From: Acidobacteriota bacterium
GTDB lineage: Bacteria; Acidobacteriota; Terriglobia; Bryobacterales; Bryobacteraceae
Reading direction: 5' to 3'
Assembly (NCBI GenBank): GCA_005808475.1
Contig: SYLY01000099.1
Location: 1-61,937 of the forward strand
DNA length: 61,937 bases
The notes under the pieces are model-generated. The model worked only from the letters and a program-made list of their open reading frames with translations, was not told the origin of the DNA and made no database searches. Shown piece after piece: positions 1-14,047 of the stretch. The position numbers and the translations under genes were made by a program. Within the stretch, counting starts at the first letter, position 1, and the number at the start of each line of letters is the position of its first letter.

Positions 1-1226
1 CCCGCAGCGCGATTACTATCGCATGGCCGCGATGTTCTCTGGCAGCGAGGAGCGCGAGATGCACACCGGCAGCCGGATGGCGTGGGTCGAATACACGCGC
101 CACCTCGCGCGCGAGCTACAGGTGGACGAGTTGAAGAAGCAGGTGCTGCTCCTGCAGGGCAAGGCGAAGGGCCGCGAATTCACCGCGCAAGAGAAGGACC
201 GCCACGAGAGCCTGCTGCGCCAGATCGGCGTGGCGTACCTGAAGGCTCCCAAGAAGCCGGATACGGCCAACGTGCTGACGCACACGGACAAGATCCACGA
301 CACGCATGTCCTGACGCGCGGCGAATGGAAACAGAAGGGCGAGAAGGTGGAGCCGGGTGCGCCGTCTTTCTTCGACAACGGCGCCGTGGTGAAGGATCGC
401 GAACGGCGTAAGGCGCTCGCCGAATGGATCGCGTCGCCGGACAATCCGCTGTTCGCGCGCGTGATGGTGAATCGCGTCTGGCAGGGTCACTTCGGACAAG
501 GGCTGGTGGCGACTCCCAACGATTTCGGCCGGCAGGGCGATCCGCCGTCGCACCCCGAACTGCTCGACTGGCTGGCGGTGGAGTTCGCCGAAAGCGGCTA
601 TCGCGTGAAGGCGCTGCACAAGCGAATCCTGCTGTCGGAGGCGTATCGCCGCGCGAGCGCGGGTGGCGCCGGCAACGCGAAGATCGACGCGGACAACCGG
701 TACTTGTGGCGGATGAACCGGCGGCGGCTCGAGGCGGAAGCGGTGCGCGACGCCGTGCTGGCCGCGTCGGGCGCGTTGCGCGCGGACAAGACCGGAGGCC
801 CACCCGTGGCGATTCCGCTCAGCGAGGAAGAGAAGAACGGCATGCGCGACTCGTCGCAGTGGGCCGTGAACGGAGATCCGGCGGAGTTCGACCGGCGCAG
901 CGTTTATCTCTACGTGAAGCGGTCGTTCCGGTTGCCGATGTTCGAGACGTTCGACGCGCCGGATTCGGTGGCCAGTTGCGCTCGGCGGGAATCGTCGACG
1001 GTGGCGCCCCAGGCGCTGGCGATGATGAACGGCGAGTTCGCCAACCGGCAATCGAAGGCGCTGGCCGCGCGGTTGCGGCGCGAGCATGCGAGCGACGAGG
1101 CGCGGGTGGATGCCGGCTATCGATTGACGTTGGGACGCGACACATCCGATCGGGAGAAAGAGCGCGCTCTCGGCTTCCTGAAAACCAACCCGCTGGAACG
1201 GCTGTGTCTGCTGTGGTTCAATCTGA

Positions 1227-1249
<23 letters not shown>
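1..1249 (+). CDS. DUF1553 domain-containing protein, C-terminal part; 5' end lies outside the window
   Basis: Frame is open from the window edge. The protein is typical of the Planctomycete/Acidobacteria DUF1553 family, which pairs with DUF1501. Its stop overlaps the start of the next gene. Confidence 0.75.
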
Positions 1250-2675
<1,426 letters not shown>

Positions 2676-2753
2676 TCGCGCCGGCGGCCTCGCTACGTCC
2701 GCGGCCGGCCATTCGTCCCTTGTCGCGGAACCGCGAATACTTGTGAACCTCCT

Positions 2754-3134
2754 TCACATCGGGAATTCCGCGGCGATCAGTTGCTTGACTCCCGCCGGGC
2801 CGGTGAGCGTCAACAGCCATCCCGCCTCATTGCCGGATGCGGAAAGCTGAAGCGTGAGGAACGGGCAGCACAGGCGCTCCATGCCGATCCACTCGGCGGC
2901 TTCGGGCAGCGTCATGGCTTTGCTATCCAGCTTGAAAGCATAGCCGTTTGAAATCTCGACGCGGCCCCGAACGGCCGCGCGGAGACGCTTTACAAGGTCG
3001 CGATAGCGGGGCCGTTCCCCGGCGCCGATCGCCTTCGGATTGCAAGCGAGAAGAGGCGCGGCGGCCTTTTCACCCGCGGCGTCGCACATGCGGACGCAGA
3101 GAAGGGAAGCACACAGCGCGATTGCGGTTTTCAT
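2754..3134 (-). CDS. hypothetical small secreted Cys-containing protein
   Basis: ORF with an N-terminal signal-peptide-like segment ([13 protein letters not shown]). Divergent from the MerR regulator gene. No recognisable family. Confidence 0.4.
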   Translation of the reverse strand: MKTAIALCASLLCVRMCDAAGEKAAAPLLACNPKAIGAGERPRYRDLVKRLRAAVRGRVEISNGYAFKLDSKAMTLPEAAEWIGMERLCCPFLTLQLSASGNEAGWLLTLTGPAGVKQLIAAEFPM

Positions 3135-3180
3135 GTTCCGACTGTAATACTTGAAGCCGGCTTCAAGTCAAGGAGTTTCG

Positions 3181-3573
3181 ATGACCATCGGCGAACTGGC
3201 GGCCGAAACCGGACTGCCCGCTTCCACAATCCGGTATTGGGAGAAGATCGGCGTCCTGCCCAAAACCACGCGAATCAGCGGGCAACGCCGCTATGCGCCG
3301 GATGCGGTCAATCGTTTGGCCGTGCTTCAACTGGCGCGATCGTGCGGGTTCCGGCTCGACGAAATGCGGCATTTGTTGCACGGCTTCGACCCCGGCGTGA
3401 AGCCTCCGCGCCGATGGCGGGAACTGGCGCGCAGGAAGCAACAGGAACTCGGCGAACAGATAGCGCGCCTCGAGGCGATGAGGCGGCTGGTGGAGCGTGT
3501 CTTGCGATGCCAGTGTGTCGAGTTCTCCGAGTGTGGGCGCCTTGCGGTGTCCGCGATGGAATCCGCTCGATGA
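3181..3573 (+). CDS. MerR family transcriptional regulator
   Basis: N-terminal [36 protein letters not shown] is the MerR signature. AGGAG Shine-Dalgarno 7 nt upstream of the ATG at 3181. C-terminal CQCVEFSEC cysteine cluster suggests a metal or redox sensor. Confidence 0.85.
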   Translation: MTIGELAAETGLPASTIRYWEKIGVLPKTTRISGQRRYAPDAVNRLAVLQLARSCGFRLDEMRHLLHGFDPGVKPPRRWRELARRKQQELGEQIARLEAMRRLVERVLRCQCVEFSECGRLAVSAMESAR

Positions 3574-3892
3574 AATCGTTGCTGCTGTACTCACTGGCGG
3601 CGCTAGCCGAAATCGGGGGATGCTTTGCCTTTTGGGCGTGGCTGCGGCTCGGCCGGAGCCCGCTCTGGACGCTTCCCGGCGCTGTTTCGCTCGTTGTGTT
3701 CGCGCTGGTGCTGACGCGCGTCAGCGCGCCGGCGGCGGGCCGTGCCTACGCTGCCTACGGGGGAATCTACATTGTTTCCTCATTGTTGTGGCTGTGGTTG
3801 ATCGAGGAGACGCGCCCGGATCGCTGGGACATGATTGGGGCCTGCATCTGCCTGCTGGGCGCCGCCGTGATTCTACTCGGTCCCCGCAACGG

Positions 3893-3896
<4 letters not shown>
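3570..3896 (+). CDS. ynfA: YnfA family (UPF0060) small membrane protein
   Basis: About 108 aa with 4 TM helices. Sequence [28 protein letters not shown] is typical of YnfA. ATGA overlap with the merR stop. Confidence 0.75.
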
Positions 3897-6507
<2,611 letters not shown>

Positions 6508-6673
6508 TCACAGGGGTTCGGACGAATCGCGCGATAGGGCCGTGTCTACTTCGTTGCGCTTCCTCACCGTGCTCACCATACCGTCAAGTATGCCTCCGCG
6601 CGCTGAGCGGCGCGCGCCTCGTATTCACGGCCTTCTCATGCGATTCGCCTCAAACCCCTGTGAGAAGTGCGGG

Positions 6674-8281
6674 CTAGGCGCCTCGTCCGGTCATTCTCGG
6701 CATCCCAGTCGATTGGGATGCTTCGCGCGCGCGGATGAACCCGTCCTCCGCCTCTTGCCACTTGGTGGCCAGCGACGCCACGCGCGCCGGTTCCTTGGCG
6801 GCGAGGTCGGTTTGCTCGCTACGATCCTTCGCCATGTCGTAGAGTTCCCACGGTCCCTTTTCGCCGATCGACGCCAGCTTCCAATCGCCCACGCGGATGG
6901 CGCGGTTCCTGTTGTGGTGGAAGTAGATGTAGTCGCGCGGCAGGACCGTGTCGCGCGCGAACGCTGGGGTGAGGCTGCGTCCGGACAGAGGCGGCGCCTG
7001 GGATGGCAGCGCCCCGCGGGCGTCCACGCCGGCGAGGTCCATCATCGTGGGCACGATGTCGACGAGATGGCACGGCGTCCGGCGCAGCTTGCCCTTGTCC
7101 GCGATGCCGTTCGGCCAACTGACGATCCACGGCGAGGAGATGCCGCCTTCGTGCACCCACGACTTGTGCAGCCGGAACGGTGTGTTGGCGGCGGACGACC
7201 ACCCCGGACCCAGGCAAAGATGCGACATCGCCGACCCGGGAGGCGCCGCGGGATCGTGCCCGTCCCCGCGAATCATCTGCTCGGCGCTCGCCCCGTTGTC
7301 GGAGACGAACACGATCACCGTGTCGTCGAGCGCGTTCATGGCTTTCAGTTGGCTGGTGACGCGGCCGATCTCCTGGTCCATGCGGTCGATCATGGCGGCG
7401 TGAATCGCCATCTTGGTCCGCTGGAACTTCTTCTGCTCGGGAGTGAGCGTCTTCCACGGGACCGCGCGTGAAACCTCGCCGGCGCCGGCGCGCGTGTTGA
7501 GGTCGCCGGACGCGAGATTCCAGTCCGGCCACATGCCCGGCTCCATTTTCGACAGCTTGCAGTTCACCAGGCCCATCTTCCGCATGCGGGCGTAGCGCTT
7601 GGCGCGCGCTTCGTCCCAGCCCTCGGCGAACCGGTCCTTGTACTTGTCGATGTCCTCTTGCAGCGCGTGCAGCGGGAAGTGCGGCGCGGTGAAGGCGAGG
7701 TAGAAGTAGAAGGGATCGTTGGCGTGGTCCCGCGCGTGCTCCTTCAGAAAGCGGACCGCGTGGCCGCCGATCGCGGTGGTCGCGTAGAAGCCTTCCTCCT
7801 TTTTGATGGGCGGAATCTGGCGGCCGTCCAACTGGCTGGCGCGCGGCGCGAAGAAGCTGTTCTGGTCGAGCAGCGTGTAGGAATGGTCGAAGCCCACCGC
7901 GTCTTGCGGCTTGAAGCGGATGTGCCATTTGCCGGAATGATAGGCGCGGTAACCGGCGGTCTTCAGGTGGTGCGGCGCGAAGCGGGTCCAGTCGGGGACT
8001 TTGCCCGGCGTCATCACGTCGGCGGCGGTTTGTTGGGCGTAGTGTCCGGTGAGGATGCCGCTACGCGAGGGTCCGCAGCGGGCGGTGGAGTAGCCGTGCG
8101 TGAACCGAAGGCCGCGGGCGGCCAAGCCGTCGAGGTTGGGTGTGTCGATGTCGCCGCCGTAGCAGCCGGCATCGGAGTAGCCCATGTCGTCGGCGAGGAT
8201 CACCAGGAAGTTCGGCTTGCGCCGGGGGGCCTGGGCGGCCATGGCCGCGGCGGGCAGAGAGAGGAAATCGCGCCGGTTCAC
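6674..8281 (-). CDS. arylsulfatase (Cys-type sulfatase), Tat signal
   Basis: N-terminus MNRRDFLSLPAAAMA. Sulfatase signature CGPSRSGILTG (C-x-P-x-R) and FLVILADDMGYSD. Confidence 0.9.
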   Translation of the reverse strand: MNRRDFLSLPAAAMAAQAPRRKPNFLVILADDMGYSDAGCYGGDIDTPNLDGLAARGLRFTHGYSTARCGPSRSGILTGHYAQQTAADVMTPGKVPDWTRFAPHHLKTAGYRAYHSGKWHIRFKPQDAVGFDHSYTLLDQNSFFAPRASQLDGRQIPPIKKEEGFYATTAIGGHAVRFLKEHARDHANDPFYFYLAFTAPHFPLHALQEDIDKYKDRFAEGWDEARAKRYARMRKMGLVNCKLSKMEPGMWPDWNLASGDLNTRAGAGEVSRAVPWKTLTPEQKKFQRTKMAIHAAMIDRMDQEIGRVTSQLKAMNALDDTVIVFVSDNGASAEQMIRGDGHDPAAPPGSAMSHLCLGPGWSSAANTPFRLHKSWVHEGGISSPWIVSWPNGIADKGKLRRTPCHLVDIVPTMMDLAGVDARGALPSQAPPLSGRSLTPAFARDTVLPRDYIYFHHNRNRAIRVGDWKLASIGEKGPWELYDMAKDRSEQTDLAAKEPARVASLATKWQEAEDGFIRAREASQSTGMPRMTGRGA

Positions 8282-8347
8282 AGTGTTCGTCTCGGTCTTT
8301 CACGATACAACTTCCGGCGGCGTTCCGTCCGCGTCTCTTCGCGCGCG

Positions 8348-9682
8348 CTACTTCGGTTCGGCTGGCGTCTGCGCGCCCTGCGCCGACGCCGTCGCGTTCA
8401 GCCGCCCTTCGAAATCGGAAAGCTGCTTTCTCACCACGTCCGCGTCGCCGGCGCTTGGCGCGAACTTCAGATACCCCTTGATGTTGTCGACCGCGCCCTG
8501 GTAGTCGTCCTTCATCGCCAGCAGGATGCCCAGCAGATGCTGCGCCTTCGGGAACCGGTGCCTCTCGTCCCGCTGCACCGTTTCACGCGCGCTCTTTTCG
8601 GCTTCCTCGTACTTTTGCAGATTGTAGTAGGCCACCGAATTGTAGAAATACGCTTGCGGGAAATCGATCGGGTTCAGCTTGATGATCCGGTTGGTATTCT
8701 CGGCGACGCCCTGCCAATTTTGGGCGCCGATCGCCATGCCCGCCAACTGCAGGTACGGCTTCACGAACCGCGAGTCGGCGGCGATCGCCTGCTGGTACGC
8801 CTTGAGCGCTTCGTCGTTCTGCTGCGTGGCTTCGTACACGCGGCCCAATTCGTGCCAGGCCACCGCGTACTTGGGATAGACCGTAGTCGCTTTCTCGAAC
8901 TCCTTCCGCGCTTCGGCGGGCTTCTTCTTCTTCAACAGGTCCAGCCCCTTCTCATACGACTTGCGGGCGTCCTTGGGAGCCATCGCCGTCGTCATGCTGA
9001 ACGTCTTGCCTTCTACATTGGCGATCGGCTTCATGATGATCGTGCCGACATCCGGGTTGTCCATCATGCGCCGGCCGCTCAGGTTGACGATGTCCGACCG
9101 GTAGCCCGCCAGATTGGCGCGCAATTCGCATCCCATCAGGTCGCGTTCGCTGATGCCGCGCCGCGAACCCATGCTCCCCATCGAGGAGTTCATGCCGCCC
9201 GCGCCGCCTCCCGCCTGGGGGAATCCTCCACCGAACCCGTCGCTATTGGAATAGCTGGCATCGGCCATCATCGCCGAGTTTTGGCCGAGTTGAAAGCTGA
9301 AGCGCCCCTTGGAATCGGTCCAGCCCTCCGGCCTTGCCTGGCCATTGCAGACGCGTTCGATCTGCACGGGCTCCGGTGGCGGCGTGCCGTCGTCCATCAC
9401 TACTTTGCCCGACAGGAAGATCGGGCGTTCCATTTCCGGGAATCGATTCTGCTGGTTCCGCCCGTTCGGATCGAACGGATCGTTACGGCCGGGTTGCGGC
9501 GTTGTCGTGGGGCCCCGTCCGGGAGCCGCGCCGACGCCTTCGGTGGTCCCGATGGGTCCTCCTCCGGCAGGCGCGCCGGTTGCGCCGCCGCCACCTCCAG
9601 CCGCCGGAGGCGGAGCCTGAGTTTGCTCCTGCGCCATGGCTCCCAGGGCCAGCGCCGCGATCACGCACAGTTGACGGGACAT
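8348..9682 (-). CDS. secreted TPR-repeat protein with N-terminal carboxypeptidase-regulatory-like (CarboxypepD_reg) domain
   Basis: Signal peptide MSRQLCVIAALALGAMA, a Gly/Pro-rich linker, a GKVVMDDGTPP...DSKGRFSF beta-sandwich motif, and C-terminal TPR repeats. Start chosen at the internal ATG (9680-9682); the upstream part of the long ORF is low-complexity junk. Confidence 0.7.
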   Translation of the reverse strand: MSRQLCVIAALALGAMAQEQTQAPPPAAGGGGGATGAPAGGGPIGTTEGVGAAPGRGPTTTPQPGRNDPFDPNGRNQQNRFPEMERPIFLSGKVVMDDGTPPPEPVQIERVCNGQARPEGWTDSKGRFSFQLGQNSAMMADASYSNSDGFGGGFPQAGGGAGGMNSSMGSMGSRRGISERDLMGCELRANLAGYRSDIVNLSGRRMMDNPDVGTIIMKPIANVEGKTFSMTTAMAPKDARKSYEKGLDLLKKKKPAEARKEFEKATTVYPKYAVAWHELGRVYEATQQNDEALKAYQQAIAADSRFVKPYLQLAGMAIGAQNWQGVAENTNRIIKLNPIDFPQAYFYNSVAYYNLQKYEEAEKSARETVQRDERHRFPKAQHLLGILLAMKDDYQGAVDNIKGYLKFAPSAGDADVVRKQLSDFEGRLNATASAQGAQTPAEPK

Positions 9683-9769
9683 GTAGACCTCCCCGATCGA
9701 ATTCGCCCCCATTGTACGCCATCCCCGCGCGCGTTTCACGCCCCTGGTTGTAAAATGGAAGAGCACCTC

Positions 9770-10387
9770 ATGAAGCAGCCGTTGATCGCCGCGTTGTTCT
9801 TTGCCCTGGTGTCGTGCTCCGGCCCGGCGCCCACCAAGACGGAAACCAAGAAGGAACCTCCCAAGCCGGCCGAGCCGGCCGGCGCGCAGAAGGCTTTCTT
9901 CCAGATGTACGGTTCGGCTCGAACCTGGGCGCCCGACGTCAGCGGGTTCATCATGCAGAGCATCACCACTCCGGGCATGCCCGCCAAGGAAGGCAAGTAC
10001 GCCGCCTGGCGCGGCGAGTTCGTTTCGCTCGGAGTGCGTGGCACCCGCACCTTCACCTACTCCGCCGTCAACGAGGACGGACTCTCCAAGGGCATTTCCA
10101 AAGGAGGCGACAACTCCTACACCGGACCGCGCGGACAGAATTCGGAATGGCCGGTGCAGGCGCTGAAGATCGACTCCGACGCCGCTTATCGCACCGCGAT
10201 GACCAAGGGCAAGGGCGAGGAGTACTCGAAGAAGCACCCGGAGATCCCGGTCACCATGGTGCTCGAAAAGACCAAACGCCATACCAATCCGGTGTATCGC
10301 GTCATCTGGGGAGCCAGCGCCAACAGCAGCAGCTTCTCCGTCTACGTCGACGCCAGCAGCGGCGAGTACCTCGAGACCACCCACTAG
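9770..10387 (+). CDS. hypothetical lipoprotein
   Basis: Lipobox MKQPLIAALFFALVSC|SG, Lys/Pro-rich linker, balanced composition. It is the only credible part of the 909-aa plus-strand ORF. Confidence 0.6.
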   Translation: MKQPLIAALFFALVSCSGPAPTKTETKKEPPKPAEPAGAQKAFFQMYGSARTWAPDVSGFIMQSITTPGMPAKEGKYAAWRGEFVSLGVRGTRTFTYSAVNEDGLSKGISKGGDNSYTGPRGQNSEWPVQALKIDSDAAYRTAMTKGKGEEYSKKHPEIPVTMVLEKTKRHTNPVYRVIWGASANSSSFSVYVDASSGEYLETTH

Positions 10388-10408
10388 CTGCTAAGCTGAA
10401 CTCTTCGC

Positions 10409-12499
10409 ATGGCGAGGAGATCGTCCGCCGCAACCAGAACGAAGCCGATCCCGCTGGACGATCCTTCGCTCTACGTCAACCGGGAGCTCGGTCTCATCCA
10501 GTTCCAGCGGCGCGTCCTCGAGGAGGCGCGCGACCCCTCGCAACCGCTGCTGGAACGCGTCAAGTTTCTGTCCATCGTCGGCTCCAACATGGACGAGTTC
10601 TTCATGGTGCGCGTCGCCGGCATCCAGAATCAGATCAACGCCGGCGTTCAGGACTGCGGGCCCGACGGCATGGATCCCGTCGAGCGCCTGGAAGCGATTC
10701 GCGCCGACTACATGCGCCTGCTCGAGGAGGGCCACGCCTGCCGCCGCGCGCTGTTCGCCGAACTGGAACAGCGCGGAATCTCCGTGCTCGACTACGACAA
10801 CCTGACGGCAGCCAAAAAGCAGACCGCCGGCCGGTATTTCCTGGACACGGTCTATCCCGTCCTCACGCCGCTCGCCTTCGATCCCGGCCGCCCGTTTCCC
10901 CACATCTCCAACCTCAGCCTGAACCTTTCCGTGCTGATTCGCGACCGCGACGGCGAGGAGAAGTTCGCCCGGGTGAAAGTGCCCGGCACGCTTCCCCAAC
11001 TGGTTCCGCTGCAGACCGCGGCCAAACGTGGACCCTGGGCATTCGTCTGGCTGGAACAGGTCATCAAGGCCAACCTGACAGCCCTGTTTCCCGGCATGGA
11101 GGTTGTCGAAGCCCACGCGTTCCATCTCACGCGCGACGCCGACACCGCCATTCAGGACCTCGAGGCCGGCGATCTTCTCGAGTCGGTGGAAGAAGGCGTT
11201 CGCCAAAGGCGCTTCGGATCGCCCGTTCGCCTGATGGTCCAACCGGAGATGCCGGACGGCCTGCTCGACCTGCTGAAGACCAACCTCGAAGCCGACGACG
11301 CCGATGTCTTCCGCGTCGATGGTCCGCTCGCGCTGAGCCGCCTGCGGCATCTGGCCGCGCTCGACCGTCCCGAACTGAAGGACCCGCCCTTCGGCGCCGC
11401 CGTCCACGAAGGCTTCTCCGATTCCGACGAGATGTTCGCGCTGCTTCGCAGGCAGGACGTTCTGCTGCACCATCCCTTCGACTCGTTCCAGCCGGTGGTC
11501 GACTTCCTCCGCAACGCCGCGCGCGATCCCCACGTGCTCGCGATCAAGATGACGCTCTACCGGGTCGGCTCCAAGTCGCCCGTCGTGGAAGCGCTTCTCG
11601 AGGCGAACCGGAACGGCAAGCAGGTGGCGGTGCTGGTGGAATTGAAGGCTCGCTTCGACGAGGAGAGCAACATCGAATGGGCGCGGGCTCTGGAAGCCGA
11701 AGGCGTCCACGTGGTCTACGGTCTGGTGGGGCTCAAGATTCACGCCAAGGTGGCGCTGGTGGTACGGCGCGAGGGCGACACGATGCGCCGCTACGTGCAC
11801 ATGTCCACCGGCAACTACAACACCGTCACCGCGCACTTGTACACCGATCTCGGCCTGTTCACATCGGACCCGCGAATCGGCGCCGACGCCACCGACCTGT
11901 TCAACTACCTCACCGGCTACTCGGCGAAATCCGACTACCGCAAGCTGATCGTCGCTCCGATCAATCTCCGCGCGCGCCTGGAAGGCATGATCCGGCGCGA
12001 GATCGAGCACGCCAAGGCGGGTCGTCCCGCCGGGCTGATCTTCAAGGCCAACGCCCTCGTCGACTACAGCGTCATCCGGCATCTGTATGAGGCATCGCGC
12101 GCGGGAGTACGCGTCGATCTGATCGCCCGCGGCATCTGTTGCCTGCGCCCGGGGATTCCGGGCGTAAGCGAGAATATCCACGTGCGTAGCGTGGTGGGCC
12201 GGTTCCTCGAGCACAGCCGCATTTTCTACTTCCGCAACGGGGGCGAGGACGAAATCTACCTGGGCTCCGCCGATCTGATGCAGCGGAACATCAACCGCCG
12301 CGTCGAGGTGTTGTTCCCCATCGAGAAGCCGGCGCTGATCCGCCACCTGCGGGACAAACTGCTTGCCGTCTATCTGGCCGACAACGTGAAGGCGCGCGCC
12401 ATGGGCGCCGATGGCGGCTACGAAAGGGTCCGGCCTGGACCCAAGGAAAAGCCGGTCGACAGTCAGGCTTTGCTGTTGGCGCGCCGCGCGGGCAAGTGA
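10409..12499 (+). CDS. ppk: polyphosphate kinase 1
   Basis: PPK1 N-terminal domain (RELGLIQFQRRVLEEA...), two PLD-like HKD motifs, 696 aa. Confidence 0.95.
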   Translation: MARRSSAATRTKPIPLDDPSLYVNRELGLIQFQRRVLEEARDPSQPLLERVKFLSIVGSNMDEFFMVRVAGIQNQINAGVQDCGPDGMDPVERLEAIRADYMRLLEEGHACRRALFAELEQRGISVLDYDNLTAAKKQTAGRYFLDTVYPVLTPLAFDPGRPFPHISNLSLNLSVLIRDRDGEEKFARVKVPGTLPQLVPLQTAAKRGPWAFVWLEQVIKANLTALFPGMEVVEAHAFHLTRDADTAIQDLEAGDLLESVEEGVRQRRFGSPVRLMVQPEMPDGLLDLLKTNLEADDADVFRVDGPLALSRLRHLAALDRPELKDPPFGAAVHEGFSDSDEMFALLRRQDVLLHHPFDSFQPVVDFLRNAARDPHVLAIKMTLYRVGSKSPVVEALLEANRNGKQVAVLVELKARFDEESNIEWARALEAEGVHVVYGLVGLKIHAKVALVVRREGDTMRRYVHMSTGNYNTVTAHLYTDLGLFTSDPRIGADATDLFNYLTGYSAKSDYRKLIVAPINLRARLEGMIRREIEHAKAGRPAGLIFKANALVDYSVIRHLYEASRAGVRVDLIARGICCLRPGIPGVSENIHVRSVVGRFLEHSRIFYFRNGGEDEIYLGSADLMQRNINRRVEVLFPIEKPALIRHLRDKLLAVYLADNVKARAMGADGGYERVRPGPKEKPVDSQALLLARRAGK

Positions 12500-13707
12500 T
12501 CCGCGTTCTCTACACGGCAGCCCACGGCGGCTTCGCGGGCCAGCCCGTCCCCCTTGGCGGCGGCGCCGCGATCGCCGAACGGCTGATGACGGAATGGAGC
12601 CGCGCACGCCCGTTCGAGGTCAGGCTGATCGATCCATCGGTGCTCGGCGCCGCCGCTCCTTCGGCGCGGGATCTGGTGACGTTCGACGAGGCTCGCTACG
12701 CGCGGTTCTGCCACGACTTCTCGAAAGCCGCGACGGCGGAGATCCTCCGCGAGGACCCGCGTCGAACCGTGGTGCTCGGCAACGACATCTCCGAAGGGCC
12801 CGATGCCGCCGCTCTGGCCCGCGCGGGATTCCGCGTCTCCACTATCTTCCATGTCGACGTCGCCGCCTACATCGCGGCGATCTACCTCAAGGGTCTGGCG
12901 CGGCCGGAGACGCTCGTGCGATGGCAGGCCCGGCTGCCGCGCCGGTTGTCGCCGCCCATCCTGGACCTGATCTTCCGCAAGCAGCGCGAAGTGGTGGAGC
13001 ACGGACGCCGGTCGATCGTGCCATCCGAGGGCATGCGCGACGTGATCGGCCGCTGCTACGGCGCCGCGGCGGCCGCGAAAGTGGAGGTCGTACCCTGGGG
13101 CGTGACTCCTTCCGAACCCGCGCCTGGAGCGGGCGCGGAGTTGCGCCGCGAGTTCGGCGTTCCCGCGGACGCGCCCGTGCTGCTGACGCTCAGCCGGATC
13201 TCGCCGGAGAAGGGTCAGGATCTGCTGCTCGACGCGCTTCGCGGCTGGCGCGGCCCGGAACTCTGGCTGTTCGTCTGCGGCGAACCCGCGTTCATGCGCG
13301 GCGAGGCGTTCGCGCGGTTGTTGCGGACCAAGGCGGAGCGGCTCCGCGGCGTTCGCACCGTGTTTCCGGGCTATGTCATGGGGCCACGCAAGCGCGCCTT
13401 TTTCGACATGGCAAGCGTGTACGTGTTTCCCTCGCGCCATGAAAGCTATGGACTCACGCTGCTCGAGGCGTTGCAAGCGGGGCTGCCCAGCGTTTGTCTC
13501 GACCATCATGGATCGCGCGCGGCCATGCGGCCCGAGTTCGGCGAAATCGTCCAGCCCGGCGGCCTGCTGCCCGCGATCGAGCGGCTGCTGGCCTCCCCCG
13601 AACGGCGCGGCGCGATGGGGCTGGCGGCCGCGGAATGGGCGTCCACGCAGCGATTCGCCGATGCCGCCGCGCGAATCGCCACCTTGCTTGCGTCCGATCT
13701 CGTATGA
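12496..13707 (+). CDS. glycosyltransferase family 4 (GT-B); candidate arsenosugar-cluster glycosyltransferase
   Basis: GT4 C-terminal E-x7-E region (VFPSRHESYGLTLLEALQAGLPSV). GTGA overlap with the ppk stop implies translational coupling. Confidence 0.8.
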   Translation: MIRVLYTAAHGGFAGQPVPLGGGAAIAERLMTEWSRARPFEVRLIDPSVLGAAAPSARDLVTFDEARYARFCHDFSKAATAEILREDPRRTVVLGNDISEGPDAAALARAGFRVSTIFHVDVAAYIAAIYLKGLARPETLVRWQARLPRRLSPPILDLIFRKQREVVEHGRRSIVPSEGMRDVIGRCYGAAAAAKVEVVPWGVTPSEPAPGAGAELRREFGVPADAPVLLTLSRISPEKGQDLLLDALRGWRGPELWLFVCGEPAFMRGEAFARLLRTKAERLRGVRTVFPGYVMGPRKRAFFDMASVYVFPSRHESYGLTLLEALQAGLPSVCLDHHGSRAAMRPEFGEIVQPGGLLPAIERLLASPERRGAMGLAAAEWASTQRFADAAARIATLLASDLV

Positions 13708-13714
13708 TCGAACC

Positions 13715-14047
13715 ATGGCTGGGTACTACCATCAAGAGGATCTTGCGCGCTTCGGCGAGATGGGCAAGAACGCGCCCGAACTGTGGAAGAAGTTCAACGA
13801 GTGGTATGGCGCGGTGTTCGCCGAAGGCGCGCTCACCACCCGCGAAAAGAACCTGATCGCGTTGGCGGTGGCTCACGCCGTGCAGTGCCCGTACTGCATC
13901 GACGCCTACACCACCGCGAGCCTCGAGGCCGGTTCGAACTCCGATCAGATGACGGAAGCCGTTCATGTCGCCGCCGCGATCAAGGGCGGCGCGGCTCTGG
14001 TGCACGGGTTGCAGATGCGCAACGCCGTCGACAAGGTGAGCATGTGA
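13715..14047 (+). CDS. AhpD-like / carboxymuconolactone decarboxylase family protein (arsenosugar biosynthesis-associated peroxidase-like protein type)
   Basis: 110 aa. CxxC-type AhpD core AVAHAVQCPYCIDAYT. Sits immediately upstream of, and overlapping, the ArsS-like radical SAM gene. Confidence 0.75.
   Translation: MAGYYHQEDLARFGEMGKNAPELWKKFNEWYGAVFAEGALTTREKNLIALAVAHAVQCPYCIDAYTTASLEAGSNSDQMTEAVHVAAAIKGGAALVHGLQMRNAVDKVSM

Noticed and set aside
7658-10387. 909-aa plus-strand ORF, the largest in that region
   Set aside because: It is antisense to the sulfatase and TPR genes. It is Arg/Gly/Val-rich low-complexity sequence typical of high-GC antisense frames. Only its last about 200 codons (the lipoprotein at 9770..10387) are credible.
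9814-12607. Long ORFs (758 aa plus-strand and 738 aa minus-strand) overlapping ppk1
   Set aside because: Composition-biased (R/A/G/P) alternative frames of a strongly supported ppk1 gene.
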